A stretch of 64,000 nt of DNA, taken from contig CAXXFK010000024.1 in the NCBI GenBank assembly GCA_963663965.2, positions 32,001-96,000 of the forward strand, given 5' to 3'. This document shows positions 32,790 through 42,172 of the stretch, one piece after another. The first letter of the stretch is position 1. Every line of letters begins with the position of its first letter. Source of the DNA: Sedimentisphaerales bacterium. Lineage in GTDB: Bacteria > Planctomycetota > Phycisphaerae > Sedimentisphaerales > SM23-30. The notes below the pieces were generated by a model. That model saw nothing but the letters and a program-made list of their open reading frames with translations, searched no databases and was not told the origin of the DNA. The position numbers and the translations under genes are program-made.

Positions 32790-34199
32790 TTAAACAACCA
32801 ATTCCCATCCGGCACGCGCCTTGGGATTCACCAGGGCATTCGCATCCGGCAGGTTGGTGACGTTCATATTTTCGCCATCCCAGAGAATCTTCTTGTTGGG
32901 GAAGGCCAGAGACAGATTACCCATGAGGACCATTTCAGTAAATGGACCGGCAATTTCAAAATTGGATGTGGCCTCTTTTTTGCCATCCTTGATTGCTTCG
33001 ATCCAGTTCATTTCGTGAGAGGTACTGACGCGCGGTATAGACGGTTGCGGTCGCTTGTAAGCTCTCATTTTCGAATAAGGCACTAACTGGGGTTCCGCCC
33101 CGTAACAGCCACACATCAAGACGCCATTATCCCCAATAAACAAAACGCCGCCATCACTGTTGCCCATCCGTCGACCGGATTCCAAAGCTTCAGGTATTTC
33201 GGGCATGATGCCGCCATCGTACCAACTGACTTTAACTGGGGGCAGTCCTTCGCGAGCGGGGTATTCCAGATGGATTTTCGATGCCATCGGGTAACTTTCA
33301 GGATGTTCCAGATGTTTCCACATTTCGGTGCAAACTTTGGCATAGCTGCCCTGTACACTGGTGGCATATTTGAGTTTGAGCGCCCAGAATACCGGGTCCA
33401 GAATATGACAGGCCATATCGCCTAAAGCCCCGGTGCCAAAATCTTTCCAGGCGCGCCATTTCCAGGGATGATAAGCGGGATGATAGGGACGTTCGGGTGC
33501 CGGTCCCAGCCAGAGATCCCAGTCCAGAGTATCGGGTACGGCCGGAGTTTCAGTGGGTCGCAAGAGCGCCTGAGGCCAGACGGGGCGATTCGTGAAAGCA
33601 TGGACTTCGCGAACCTCGCCAATCGCGCCATCCCAGATCCATTCACAGACCAGACGACACCCTTCGCCACTGTGACCCTGGTTACCCATCTGGGTTTTGA
33701 CGCCGAATTCTTTGCCATATTTGCGGGCGGCCTCGGTTAGAACGCGGGCTTCATAAACCGAATGAGTCAGGGGTTTCTGGACATAGACATGCTTGCCTTT
33801 TTTCATGGATTCCAGAGCGGTAATTGCATGGGTGTGATCGGGCGTGGCGATGATACAGGCATCAATTTTATCGCCCATTTTGTCCAGCATTTCACGGAAA
33901 TCTTTAAACCGTTCAGCCTGAGGATAACGTTTAAACACATCGTCGGCCTTGGCAAAATCCACATCGCATAATGCGGCGATATGTTCATTCTGACTGGCAT
34001 CACGTTCAGGATCACAAACGGCTTTTAGATTGCCGCCGCCCATGCCGCCGATACCGACACCGGCCACACTAACCTTACCGCTGGGAGCCGTATTGCCAAC
34101 ACCGCCCAGTACGTGACGCGGCACGATCGAAAACAAACCCGCCGTAGCGGCAGATGCTTTCATAAAATCTCTTCTATTAACTTTTTTGTTGTCTGTCAT
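32790..34199 (-). CDS. Tat-exported Gfo/Idh/MocA oxidoreductase
   Basis: Start MTDNKKVNRRDFMK (GGAGG RBS); GIGGMG, ATPDHTH, HVYVQKPLTH, GDMACH. Confidence 0.88.
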   Translation of the reverse strand: MTDNKKVNRRDFMKASAATAGLFSIVPRHVLGGVGNTAPSGKVSVAGVGIGGMGGGNLKAVCDPERDASQNEHIAALCDVDFAKADDVFKRYPQAERFKDFREMLDKMGDKIDACIIATPDHTHAITALESMKKGKHVYVQKPLTHSVYEARVLTEAARKYGKEFGVKTQMGNQGHSGEGCRLVCEWIWDGAIGEVREVHAFTNRPVWPQALLRPTETPAVPDTLDWDLWLGPAPERPYHPAYHPWKWRAWKDFGTGALGDMACHILDPVFWALKLKYATSVQGSYAKVCTEMWKHLEHPESYPMASKIHLEYPAREGLPPVKVSWYDGGIMPEIPEALESGRRMGNSDGGVLFIGDNGVLMCGCYGAEPQLVPYSKMRAYKRPQPSIPRVSTSHEMNWIEAIKDGKKEATSNFEIAGPFTEMVLMGNLSLAFPNKKILWDGENMNVTNLPDANALVNPKARAGWELVV

Positions 34200-34276
34200 A
34201 ACAACCTCCATAGATGGATCAAAAAACTTTAAACATTGTTCGCCTTGGAGCACGTGTTTCAGGCGGTAATTATTTT

Positions 34277-34744
34277 TTACTTTCTGGGTACTGGCATTAC
34301 CATGACAGCACACTGCGCATGCCGACACACCTTATCGGCAACATCCCCCAAAAGCGCCTTGGATATTCCATGGTCGCCCCCCCGGCCAATCACAATCAAG
34401 TCAACCCCGGTCTCCTTAGTGTATTCCAGAATCTGCTGATGAGTCTTGCCAACCCGGATTTCAACATGAAATTCCAGGTCATTCGGCACCCGTCTTTTAT
34501 AACGTTCCAGCCGCTCATCAATGTCATGTTGAGCCTTTTGATCAACATCATCGACTTCATAAATGTAAGTCTTCCAGAATTGAGCGTCGGATTCCGGTAC
34601 CACATGCAGTAAAATAAGACAACAGCCAGGCAGGCTTTGACAAAGTTTGACACCATATTCAAAGGCATGATCTGAACCAGGGGAAAAATCGGCGCAGACC
34701 AGCACTTTACGAAACAGCGACAATTTGTTCTCTTGTGTTGCCAT
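34277..34744 (-). CDS. Universal stress protein (UspA family)
   Basis: KVLVCADFS, LLHVV, DLIVIGRGG...LLGDVADKVCRHAQCAVMV; start MATQENK. Confidence 0.88.
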   Translation of the reverse strand: MATQENKLSLFRKVLVCADFSPGSDHAFEYGVKLCQSLPGCCLILLHVVPESDAQFWKTYIYEVDDVDQKAQHDIDERLERYKRRVPNDLEFHVEIRVGKTHQQILEYTKETGVDLIVIGRGGDHGISKALLGDVADKVCRHAQCAVMVMPVPRK

Positions 34745-34826
34745 AATAAAGTCTCTCTTGGAGGCTGCGCTTAAAATCCGTTCCAATTTTACTCGCGAAG
34801 AAAGCTTATTCTTTAAACCAAACGTT

Positions 34827-36128
34827 CTAATGAACCAATTTGGGGAGCCATAACGCAATATCCGGGAACAGTATCAGCAAAACAGCCGCCACAATCAACA
34901 TTCCCAGAAACGGCAACGCCCCTTTAAATATCGTTTGTAAGGGTACATCACGTTCGATGCCACTTACCACATAAACATTGACTCCAACCGGCGGAGAAAT
35001 AACGCCCATCTGGGTCACCACCACGATAAGAACGCCGAACCAGATCGGATCATAACCGAGTTTCTGGATGACCGGATAGAATATCGGGATGGTAAGCAGG
35101 ATTAAGGCCAGCGCATCAACAAAACAACCCACCAACAGATAAAACAGGATGATCAAACCAATTACGACCCAACCGGGCGCTTCAAGGGAGATTAACGCGC
35201 TAGCCAGTTCGAACGGGATACGGGAAACGGCTAAAAACTTACCAAAAATTACCGCACCAGCCACAATAATAATGACCATACAGGAAGTTCGGATGGTTTC
35301 AAAGATGGATCGTTTAAGCATCTTCAGACTGCATTTTTTCTGAATAGCAGCAAATACCAGTGCACCAAATGCCCCAATCGCCGCAGCTTGAGTGGGAGTA
35401 AAAAATCCCGCAAACATCCCCCCCATAACCACAATGAATAATATCAGGGTTTCAGAAACACCTAAGAGTGAGCGAAAACGAGCGCTCCAAGTTGCCCGTG
35501 TACTTACCGGGCCAAGCGCAGGCCGCCAAATGCAACTTAAGAAGATCGATAAGCTAAATAAAACCGCTATCAGCAAACCCGGAATTATCCCGGCAATAAA
35601 CAGGCTGCCGATGGATTGCTCAGTCAGAATGGCATAAACAATGAATACCACGGAGGGAGGAATCAACATACCCAGGCTACCACCGGCGGCAACCGCGCCG
35701 GTGGCCAGTTCCATGTCATACCCATATTTTTTCATTTCGGGCAATACGACAGAAGCCATGGTCGCGGCTGTCGCCGGCCCGGATCCACAAATAGCACCAA
35801 AAGCGGTACAAGCTCCCACCGTAGACATCGCCAACCCGCCGGGGAGATGGCCCAGCCATTGATGGGCCGCCCTGAAGAGCCGGCCACTGATCCCGCTGTG
35901 AAAAGCGATTTGTCCCATAAATACAAACAGGGGAATCACCGTGAGGGAATAATTGGAAAACGCCTCATACAACTCGGTTGCCATCATGCTCAGGGCTGCC
36001 GTTGGATTAACGATTAACGCAAATCCCACCACCCCGATAAAGGCCATTACAAACGCCACCGGCATGCTGGTGGCCAGTAAAATGAACAGTAATATGCAGC
36101 CGATAATACCTATCTGCAACGGCGTCAT
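34827..36128 (-). CDS. dctM: TRAP transporter large permease
   Basis: IPLFVFMG, GGSLGMLIPPS, FTPTQAA, ISPPVGVNVYV; start overlaps the dctQ stop (ATGA). Confidence 0.9.
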   Translation of the reverse strand: MTPLQIGIIGCILLFILLATSMPVAFVMAFIGVVGFALIVNPTAALSMMATELYEAFSNYSLTVIPLFVFMGQIAFHSGISGRLFRAAHQWLGHLPGGLAMSTVGACTAFGAICGSGPATAATMASVVLPEMKKYGYDMELATGAVAAGGSLGMLIPPSVVFIVYAILTEQSIGSLFIAGIIPGLLIAVLFSLSIFLSCIWRPALGPVSTRATWSARFRSLLGVSETLILFIVVMGGMFAGFFTPTQAAAIGAFGALVFAAIQKKCSLKMLKRSIFETIRTSCMVIIIVAGAVIFGKFLAVSRIPFELASALISLEAPGWVVIGLIILFYLLVGCFVDALALILLTIPIFYPVIQKLGYDPIWFGVLIVVVTQMGVISPPVGVNVYVVSGIERDVPLQTIFKGALPFLGMLIVAAVLLILFPDIALWLPKLVH

Positions 36129-36640
36129 GGCTTGATCATCTCCCGGCCCGGATGCATTAAGTTGTGAAAAATAACCAGTACAACCAGAATAAAAGTTACT
36201 GCAATCACCCAGGGCACCCAAAATACCGGGATCTGCAATGTCAAGGTACCCTGGCCACTGGCTTTTAAGCTATTACCGTAAATAAACGACCGCCATGCGG
36301 CAAAACCAAATAGAAACATAGCCATAAGCCGGATAATCGTATCCAATAGAAAACGGCCTTTTTTATTCAGCTTCTGAAAGAAATATTCAATCGCCACGTG
36401 ACCCTTTACGGCAGTGGTATAAGGCAGGGCCGCGGCCATCGTCACGGCCCCTGCCAGTTTAACCAGGTCATAGGCACCTACGATGGGATGCCGAAAAATT
36501 CCCATCACGACATCTACCACGGTAATGCCAATCATGGTGAAAATTCCCAAGCCCGAAATATACGCAAACAACATTACTATGCCGCGTAAAGTACGTGAGA
36601 AAAGATTGGCGGAAGGGTCCTGTTGCATTTGATCACTCAT
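36125..36640 (-). CDS. dctQ: TRAP transporter small permease
   Basis: Four TM segments, GHVAIE motif, located between dctP and dctM. Confidence 0.88.
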   Translation of the reverse strand: MSDQMQQDPSANLFSRTLRGIVMLFAYISGLGIFTMIGITVVDVVMGIFRHPIVGAYDLVKLAGAVTMAAALPYTTAVKGHVAIEYFFQKLNKKGRFLLDTIIRLMAMFLFGFAAWRSFIYGNSLKASGQGTLTLQIPVFWVPWVIAVTFILVVLVIFHNLMHPGREMIKP

Positions 36641-36663
36641 TCAAATGGCATTCTCATAATCAA

Positions 36664-37723
36664 TCAATTAGTACCTGTGATCATCTTACGAATATCCGTC
36701 ACAAATTCTTCGCCCGGCAGGTTCTTTTCTTTACAGGTCTGGATATACTCTTCAATAACAGGTTTAACGGAGTCAACCCATTTCTGTTTTTCAGCATCGG
36801 GCAATTCAATGACTTTTCGTCCCAGTTCATCGATGAATTTACGGCCTTCAACATCCGCCTGATCCCAGGCTTCGCCGTGCTTATCCACCCATTCGGCGCT
36901 AACGTCATCGAATATTTTTTTAATATCCTCAGGCAACGTGGCGTATTTGTCTTTATTCATTACAACAAACATAGCCGTGGTGTATCCGATCGCAGATGAG
37001 TTCGTCACCGATTCGATTACTTCACCCTGATTCCAGCCTTTCAGTGTCTCCATAGGACACATGGTGGCTTCGACATTCCCTTTCTGGAGGGCCTCATAGG
37101 TTTCAGGCTGTCCCATGGCAACCGGGACTCCCCCAAGATTAGTAACAATTTTGGCAGACAATCCAGTGGCCCGTACTTTCATCCCTTTGATATCATCCAG
37201 ATTGTTAACATCTTTTTTGGACGCCAGAATTCCGGGGCCATGGGCATGAATGTATAACAGATGAACATTCTTGAGTTCATCCGGCTGGTATTTCATCGCC
37301 AGATCCGTGGCAATCCGGCTGGCAGTTTTTCCATCCGGGTATCCCATGGGCAAATCCAAACCTTCCAGCAACGGAAAGTTGCCACGGGTATAGGCAAAGC
37401 AACTCATCCCGATATCGGAAATACCGGTAACAACCCCTTGATAACACTGGGGAGCGGCGCTCAGTGTGCCTGCGGGATAAAGGGTGATTTTAACCCGTCC
37501 ATTGGTCCGTTTTTCGATTTCCCCGGGCCCAGGCATCCGCCGTAATACATTGAATATGAGTAGCCGGGAAGAAAATGCTGTAACTCAGTTCAATCGGTTT
37601 GGCATTGTTGCCTGAAGCATTTCCTTCAGCACTACCGTTTGTTCCGGTCTCCTGTTTGCAGCCAGTCAATCCCAAAGCCAGCAAACAACACATCACACCA
37701 ATCCATCCAATTCTGTTTTTCAT
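36664..37723 (-). pseudogene. dctP: TRAP substrate-binding lipoprotein, +1 frameshift at ~37521-37524 (pseudogene or sequencing error)
   Basis: N-part has lipobox LTGC and [14 protein letters not shown]-part has [20 protein letters not shown] and ETYEALQKG. Deleting one G from the G4 run gives [13 protein letters not shown]. Confidence 0.85.
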
Positions 37724-38296
37724 AGCCATGACTCCTGTTTTATAACCATTTTCTTGACTTATCGGAACCAGCCTCACCGCAAGCGGTTAAGGATGGCCCG
37801 ATACTAGAATAACAATAATCTTTTAAAAATATTACGTATCCAAGGTACCCAACCTATCATAACGGGCAAACCCGCAAAGTGAAACACTTAATTGAAAAAG
37901 ACTTAGGTTATCTTAAACAACCCTGCTTCGACTTTATTTCTATCATCTCAACCTTAGAGCCCTCAATCGCCCAGATAATACATATTTTATTGTATGACAA
38001 TATGTTACGACTCATAAAATTCCATCCTTAAATGCTTTTTAAGTTCCAATTTAAAAGTTAAACAATTAAGGCTCCGGTAAGACACTCCATATCAATAACA
38101 TATTGAAATGTACATTTTTATTTTGAGTTACCTTACTAACATGCCTTGATAATCAGATAATAATATTATTTTTTCAAAAATTTTCGTTGCGCAAATCCTG
38201 AGAGAGTAAACATAGTTATGAAATCGATTAGATTAATCCCGGGAGTAAACATTTCCCATCATCGTTATCTCATTCACTTTTTTAAGGAGAATATTT

Positions 38297-39145
38297 ATGA
38301 AGAAGTTGTGTATGACTGTTATACTGACATTGACCTTAGGATGGTTAATGTCTAGTGGTGTTCAAGCGGGTAATAGCGGTCCTGGAGATACACCAGGCAA
38401 TGGGGAGCAACAGCAAATTCAGGAGCAAATCTGCCCGGTCTGTGGTACCTGCGTATGCGACCAGGAGAAGATTTGCCTGAAGATCCAATTATCGGAAGAG
38501 CAGAAACTCCAGATTCGGGCGATTCTGCAAGAATACGCCCCCCAAATCCAAGCGGCTGAAACGATAGAAGCGAAGAATCAATTGCGGCAGGAAATGCAGC
38601 AAAAAATCCAGGCATGCCTTACCGAGGAACAGTTAGCTTGTGTTGAAAAACTGCAACTCCGCCAGCGTTTGATGGACCGGGTACGCGATTATAAAATGTT
38701 CATGTATCAAAAACTGGAACTTACAGAAGAGCAGATAGAAGCGATTCAAGCGCTTAAATTAGAATTCCGTGATCAAATGGCGCTGGCAACCAGCCGGGAA
38801 GAGATCAAGGCGATTTTTGATGCCATGAAAGCCGCTTTGCTGGAAATTTTAACCGATGAACAACTGGAAATACTGGAACAAATCCGCAACCGGAAGAATC
38901 TGTGTCCCTGTGATGGTGATATGGCCATGTTCCAGTACATGAACCAATTGGGCTTAAGCGAAGAACAGCAAGCTCAGATGGAACAATTAAGACAGCAAAC
39001 CCAAACCCGATTGGATGAGTGTGAAACCTGTGAAACGAAAATTCGTATCCTTAAACGCACTCAGGACCGCATCAATGAATGCCTGAATGATCAGCAACGT
39101 GATCAGTTACGACAAATGTTACATGATGGATCTTGCCAGGAGTAA
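38297..39145 (+). CDS. Secreted Spy/CpxP-like (LTxxQ-repeat) helical protein, Cys-rich
   Basis: AAGGAG RBS; signal peptide ending VQA; three units, each with two L(S/T/N)xxQ motifs. Confidence 0.7.
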   Translation: MKKLCMTVILTLTLGWLMSSGVQAGNSGPGDTPGNGEQQQIQEQICPVCGTCVCDQEKICLKIQLSEEQKLQIRAILQEYAPQIQAAETIEAKNQLRQEMQQKIQACLTEEQLACVEKLQLRQRLMDRVRDYKMFMYQKLELTEEQIEAIQALKLEFRDQMALATSREEIKAIFDAMKAALLEILTDEQLEILEQIRNRKNLCPCDGDMAMFQYMNQLGLSEEQQAQMEQLRQQTQTRLDECETCETKIRILKRTQDRINECLNDQQRDQLRQMLHDGSCQE

Positions 39146-39172
39146 GCGTATTAAGCATACTGCCAATTCCAT

Positions 39173-39212
39173 AAAAAGATGGCCTGCGCAAATATGCGTG
39201 GGCCTTCTTTTT
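39173..39212. terminator. Bidirectional terminator between convergent genes
   Basis: AAAAAGATGGCCTGCGCA-loop-TGCGTGGGCCTTCTTTTT with A- and T-runs on the two sides. Confidence 0.75.
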
Positions 39213-39224
39213 ACCATTCAAATC

Positions 39225-40607
39225 CTATTCGCCATATAAAATCCTGAAATTTGGATTGAACGTATGTGCGTCAAGCATAATTTGGCCTAATTGTTCTACA
39301 ATTTCAGGATAGTCTTCCGCAATATTATTTGACTCCCCAATATCACTATCCAAATCAAATAACTCCATCACTGGCGTAGCGGTATCAACTGCCTTGCGTA
39401 CTGCTTTCCATTTACCCATGCGAACCGCTTGCAGGTCGCGAGCCTTGAACTCCCAATAAAGATAGTCGTGCTGTAACTGCCTGACTGACTGCCCGAGTAA
39501 TGTCGGCAGAAAAGAAATACCATCGAGACCTGGTGGGATATCGATACCGATCAGATCACAACAAGTCGGGAAAAAATCCCAAAATGCTGAAAAATGATCT
39601 GTCAAAGTCCCCGGTTTGATCATCCCCGGCCAGCGAGCCACCATTGGCTCGCGAATACCGCCATCATATAAATCGCGTTTTAAGCCTCTCAGTGGACCAT
39701 TAGCATCAAAAAAGGCCAATGTCCCCCCACTGCCGTGCGGACCATTATCGCTCGTGAAAATGATCAGAGTATTATCATTTAAGCCAAGAGATTGCACTTT
39801 TTCGACAATCCTGCCAATATCCCGGTCCATGCGAGAGATCATGGCGGCTTGCGTTTTCTGATCGGAGGACCAACCCTCTTTATTAGCATATTGAGCCAGA
39901 TCCGGTACCTGGAATTGTGTATGAGGAATGGTATAAGGAATATACAGGAAGAAGGGTTTCTCCTGGTACTCCTCCAGAAACCATAGCGCTTCATCAGTCA
40001 TCAGATCATGACTATAAGCCTGTCCCCCTAAAGGAACCAGATTGGTGTTACGCCAAAGATAATCCGGATAATAATTATGCGCCTGGATCTGGCCGAGATA
40101 ACCATAAAAATGATCAAAACCCTGTTTATTTGGATGACCGGTGGAATCAGGGCCACCCAGCCCCCATTTGCCGATACATCCGGTCACATAACCTGCACTT
40201 TTTAAGACTTTCGATACTGTCAGGGTATCTTCAGGGATCGGTAACTGATACCCATTTAGCTCGAAATTATCGCGAATATATGAATGACCGGTATGCAAAC
40301 CTGTCAACAGTACGCATCTTGACGGGGCACATACGGTATTTCCAGCATAATGCTGGGTAAATCGCATACCTTCAGCCGCCAATTTATCAATATTGGGAGT
40401 TTCTATCTTTTGCTGACCATAACAACCTATATCGCCATACCCCAGATCGTCAGCTAGAATATAAATAATATTCGGTCGTTTCCGGCCGGCCCGGGCGATG
40501 ATTGAGGTGTTGACAACTTGCAGGCCGGCATATGCTGCTCCCGCAGATGCAACGGAAGAGGCCAGGCAATGTTTTAAAAATGTTCTACGATCCATGATTG
40601 ATCTCAT
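39225..40607 (-). CDS. Arylsulfatase (S1), Tat-exported
   Basis: DRRTFLK; LADDLGYGD, CAPSRCVLLTG, GKWGLG, SDNG. Confidence 0.92.
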   Translation of the reverse strand: MRSIMDRRTFLKHCLASSVASAGAAYAGLQVVNTSIIARAGRKRPNIIYILADDLGYGDIGCYGQQKIETPNIDKLAAEGMRFTQHYAGNTVCAPSRCVLLTGLHTGHSYIRDNFELNGYQLPIPEDTLTVSKVLKSAGYVTGCIGKWGLGGPDSTGHPNKQGFDHFYGYLGQIQAHNYYPDYLWRNTNLVPLGGQAYSHDLMTDEALWFLEEYQEKPFFLYIPYTIPHTQFQVPDLAQYANKEGWSSDQKTQAAMISRMDRDIGRIVEKVQSLGLNDNTLIIFTSDNGPHGSGGTLAFFDANGPLRGLKRDLYDGGIREPMVARWPGMIKPGTLTDHFSAFWDFFPTCCDLIGIDIPPGLDGISFLPTLLGQSVRQLQHDYLYWEFKARDLQAVRMGKWKAVRKAVDTATPVMELFDLDSDIGESNNIAEDYPEIVEQLGQIMLDAHTFNPNFRILYGE

Positions 40608-40655
40608 CAGAAATTCGATTGCACTTGACAGATCTGATTGACACTTTGATAGACA

Positions 40656-42143
40656 TCAACTGATGGAGACCGGCTTTTGTGTCCTCAGATTGGCTTCACC
40701 CGGAAGAATGGGGAAATAGCCGCTGTATTCATGCGCCTCAGCCATGATCTGTTCGATCTGAGCGACGATATCAGGATGAGAAGCGGCCACATTATTCTGC
40801 TCACCGATATCCGTATCTAAATCATACAATTCTAATGGCGGATTGGGCGTTTTCGTAATATCCTTACGATACCCCTTCCATTTGCCTAACCGCACGGCCT
40901 GTTGAGCGCCGTAGCTTCGAAATTCCCAATAGAGATATTCATGTTTCTGTTTTTGCGGTTCACCCACCAAGGTAGGCAGCATGGAAATCCCATCGATATC
41001 CCCAGGCGTTTTCACTCCTATTAAATCGCAACAGGTTGGGAAAAAGTCCCAGAAGGCCGATAGCAGATCCGTCTGGGTACCTGGCTTGATTTTACCCGGC
41101 CAACGGGCAATTAATGGGACCCGAATCCCGCCTTCATAGAGGCTGCCTTTTAAGCCACGCAAGGGGCCGACACTTTCAAAAAAGTCGTAATCGACGCCAC
41201 AGCAATAAGTTGTACCATTATCGCCAGAGAAAAAGACGATCGTATTATCATCCAGATCCAATTCTTTGAGCAAATCGAAGATTTCTCCGACGCTGCGGTC
41301 CATTCGGGTTATCATGGCAGCGTAACAAGCCCGGGGTTGATCATGTCCGGCATAATGGCTGGTTGGAAACGGGGTTTCTTCCCAGTTTTCTTTCAGATAT
41401 TCATCCAGAGAATCCTGGGGAACCTGTAAAGAAACATGAGGAAGAATAAACGGGACATAGAGGAAAAATGGTTTTTCTTTGTTATCACGAATAAACTGCA
41501 AGGCTTCAGCGGCCATGAAATCGTGGGAATAGTATTTACCCGTATAATTTTCGTTGCCTTCGAAAGTGATTTTCTGGTCGTTTTTCCACATATATGGGGG
41601 GTAATACCAATGGGCCTGGACCTGGCCGAGATTACCATAGAAAAGATCGAATCCCTGTTTATTAGGATGACCAACCGAGTCCGGGCCGCCCAATCCCCAT
41701 TTGCCGGAAGCTCCAGTAGCATAACCCTGGGTTTTAAATACTTCAGCAATCGTTAATGTTTCTTCGGAAATCGGGAATTGGTATCCACCTCCTATCTCAT
41801 AATTATCGCGTATATAGGCATGGCCCATGTGTTTGCCAGTCATTAAAGCACAACGTGATGGCGCACAGACAGCCTGGCCGGAATAATGCTGGGTAAACCG
41901 CATACCTTCAGCGGCCATCTTGTCCAGATTCGGAGTTTTGATCTTCTTTTGGCCATAACTGCCCAGTTCGTTATAACCTAAATCGTCCGCTAAAATAAAA
42001 ATAACGTTCGGTTTACGATTGCCGGCTCGGATTCCCATGGTTTTGTTTTGCAATTGTACACCCTGACATGATGAAACGGCCCCAACGGAACAAGCCGCCG
42101 TTAAACCAAACATTGCCTGTTTGAGAAACTGTCTTCTGTCCAT
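40656..42143 (-). CDS. Arylsulfatase (S1), Tat-exported, possible lipoprotein
   Basis: MDRRQFLK...VSSC; LADDLGYNE, CAPSRCALMTG, GKWGLG, GDNG. Confidence 0.92.
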   Translation of the reverse strand: MDRRQFLKQAMFGLTAACSVGAVSSCQGVQLQNKTMGIRAGNRKPNVIFILADDLGYNELGSYGQKKIKTPNLDKMAAEGMRFTQHYSGQAVCAPSRCALMTGKHMGHAYIRDNYEIGGGYQFPISEETLTIAEVFKTQGYATGASGKWGLGGPDSVGHPNKQGFDLFYGNLGQVQAHWYYPPYMWKNDQKITFEGNENYTGKYYSHDFMAAEALQFIRDNKEKPFFLYVPFILPHVSLQVPQDSLDEYLKENWEETPFPTSHYAGHDQPRACYAAMITRMDRSVGEIFDLLKELDLDDNTIVFFSGDNGTTYCCGVDYDFFESVGPLRGLKGSLYEGGIRVPLIARWPGKIKPGTQTDLLSAFWDFFPTCCDLIGVKTPGDIDGISMLPTLVGEPQKQKHEYLYWEFRSYGAQQAVRLGKWKGYRKDITKTPNPPLELYDLDTDIGEQNNVAASHPDIVAQIEQIMAEAHEYSGYFPILPGEANLRTQKPVSIS

Positions 42144-42172
42144 AGATAACTCCTGTGAAATGAATTATGCCA

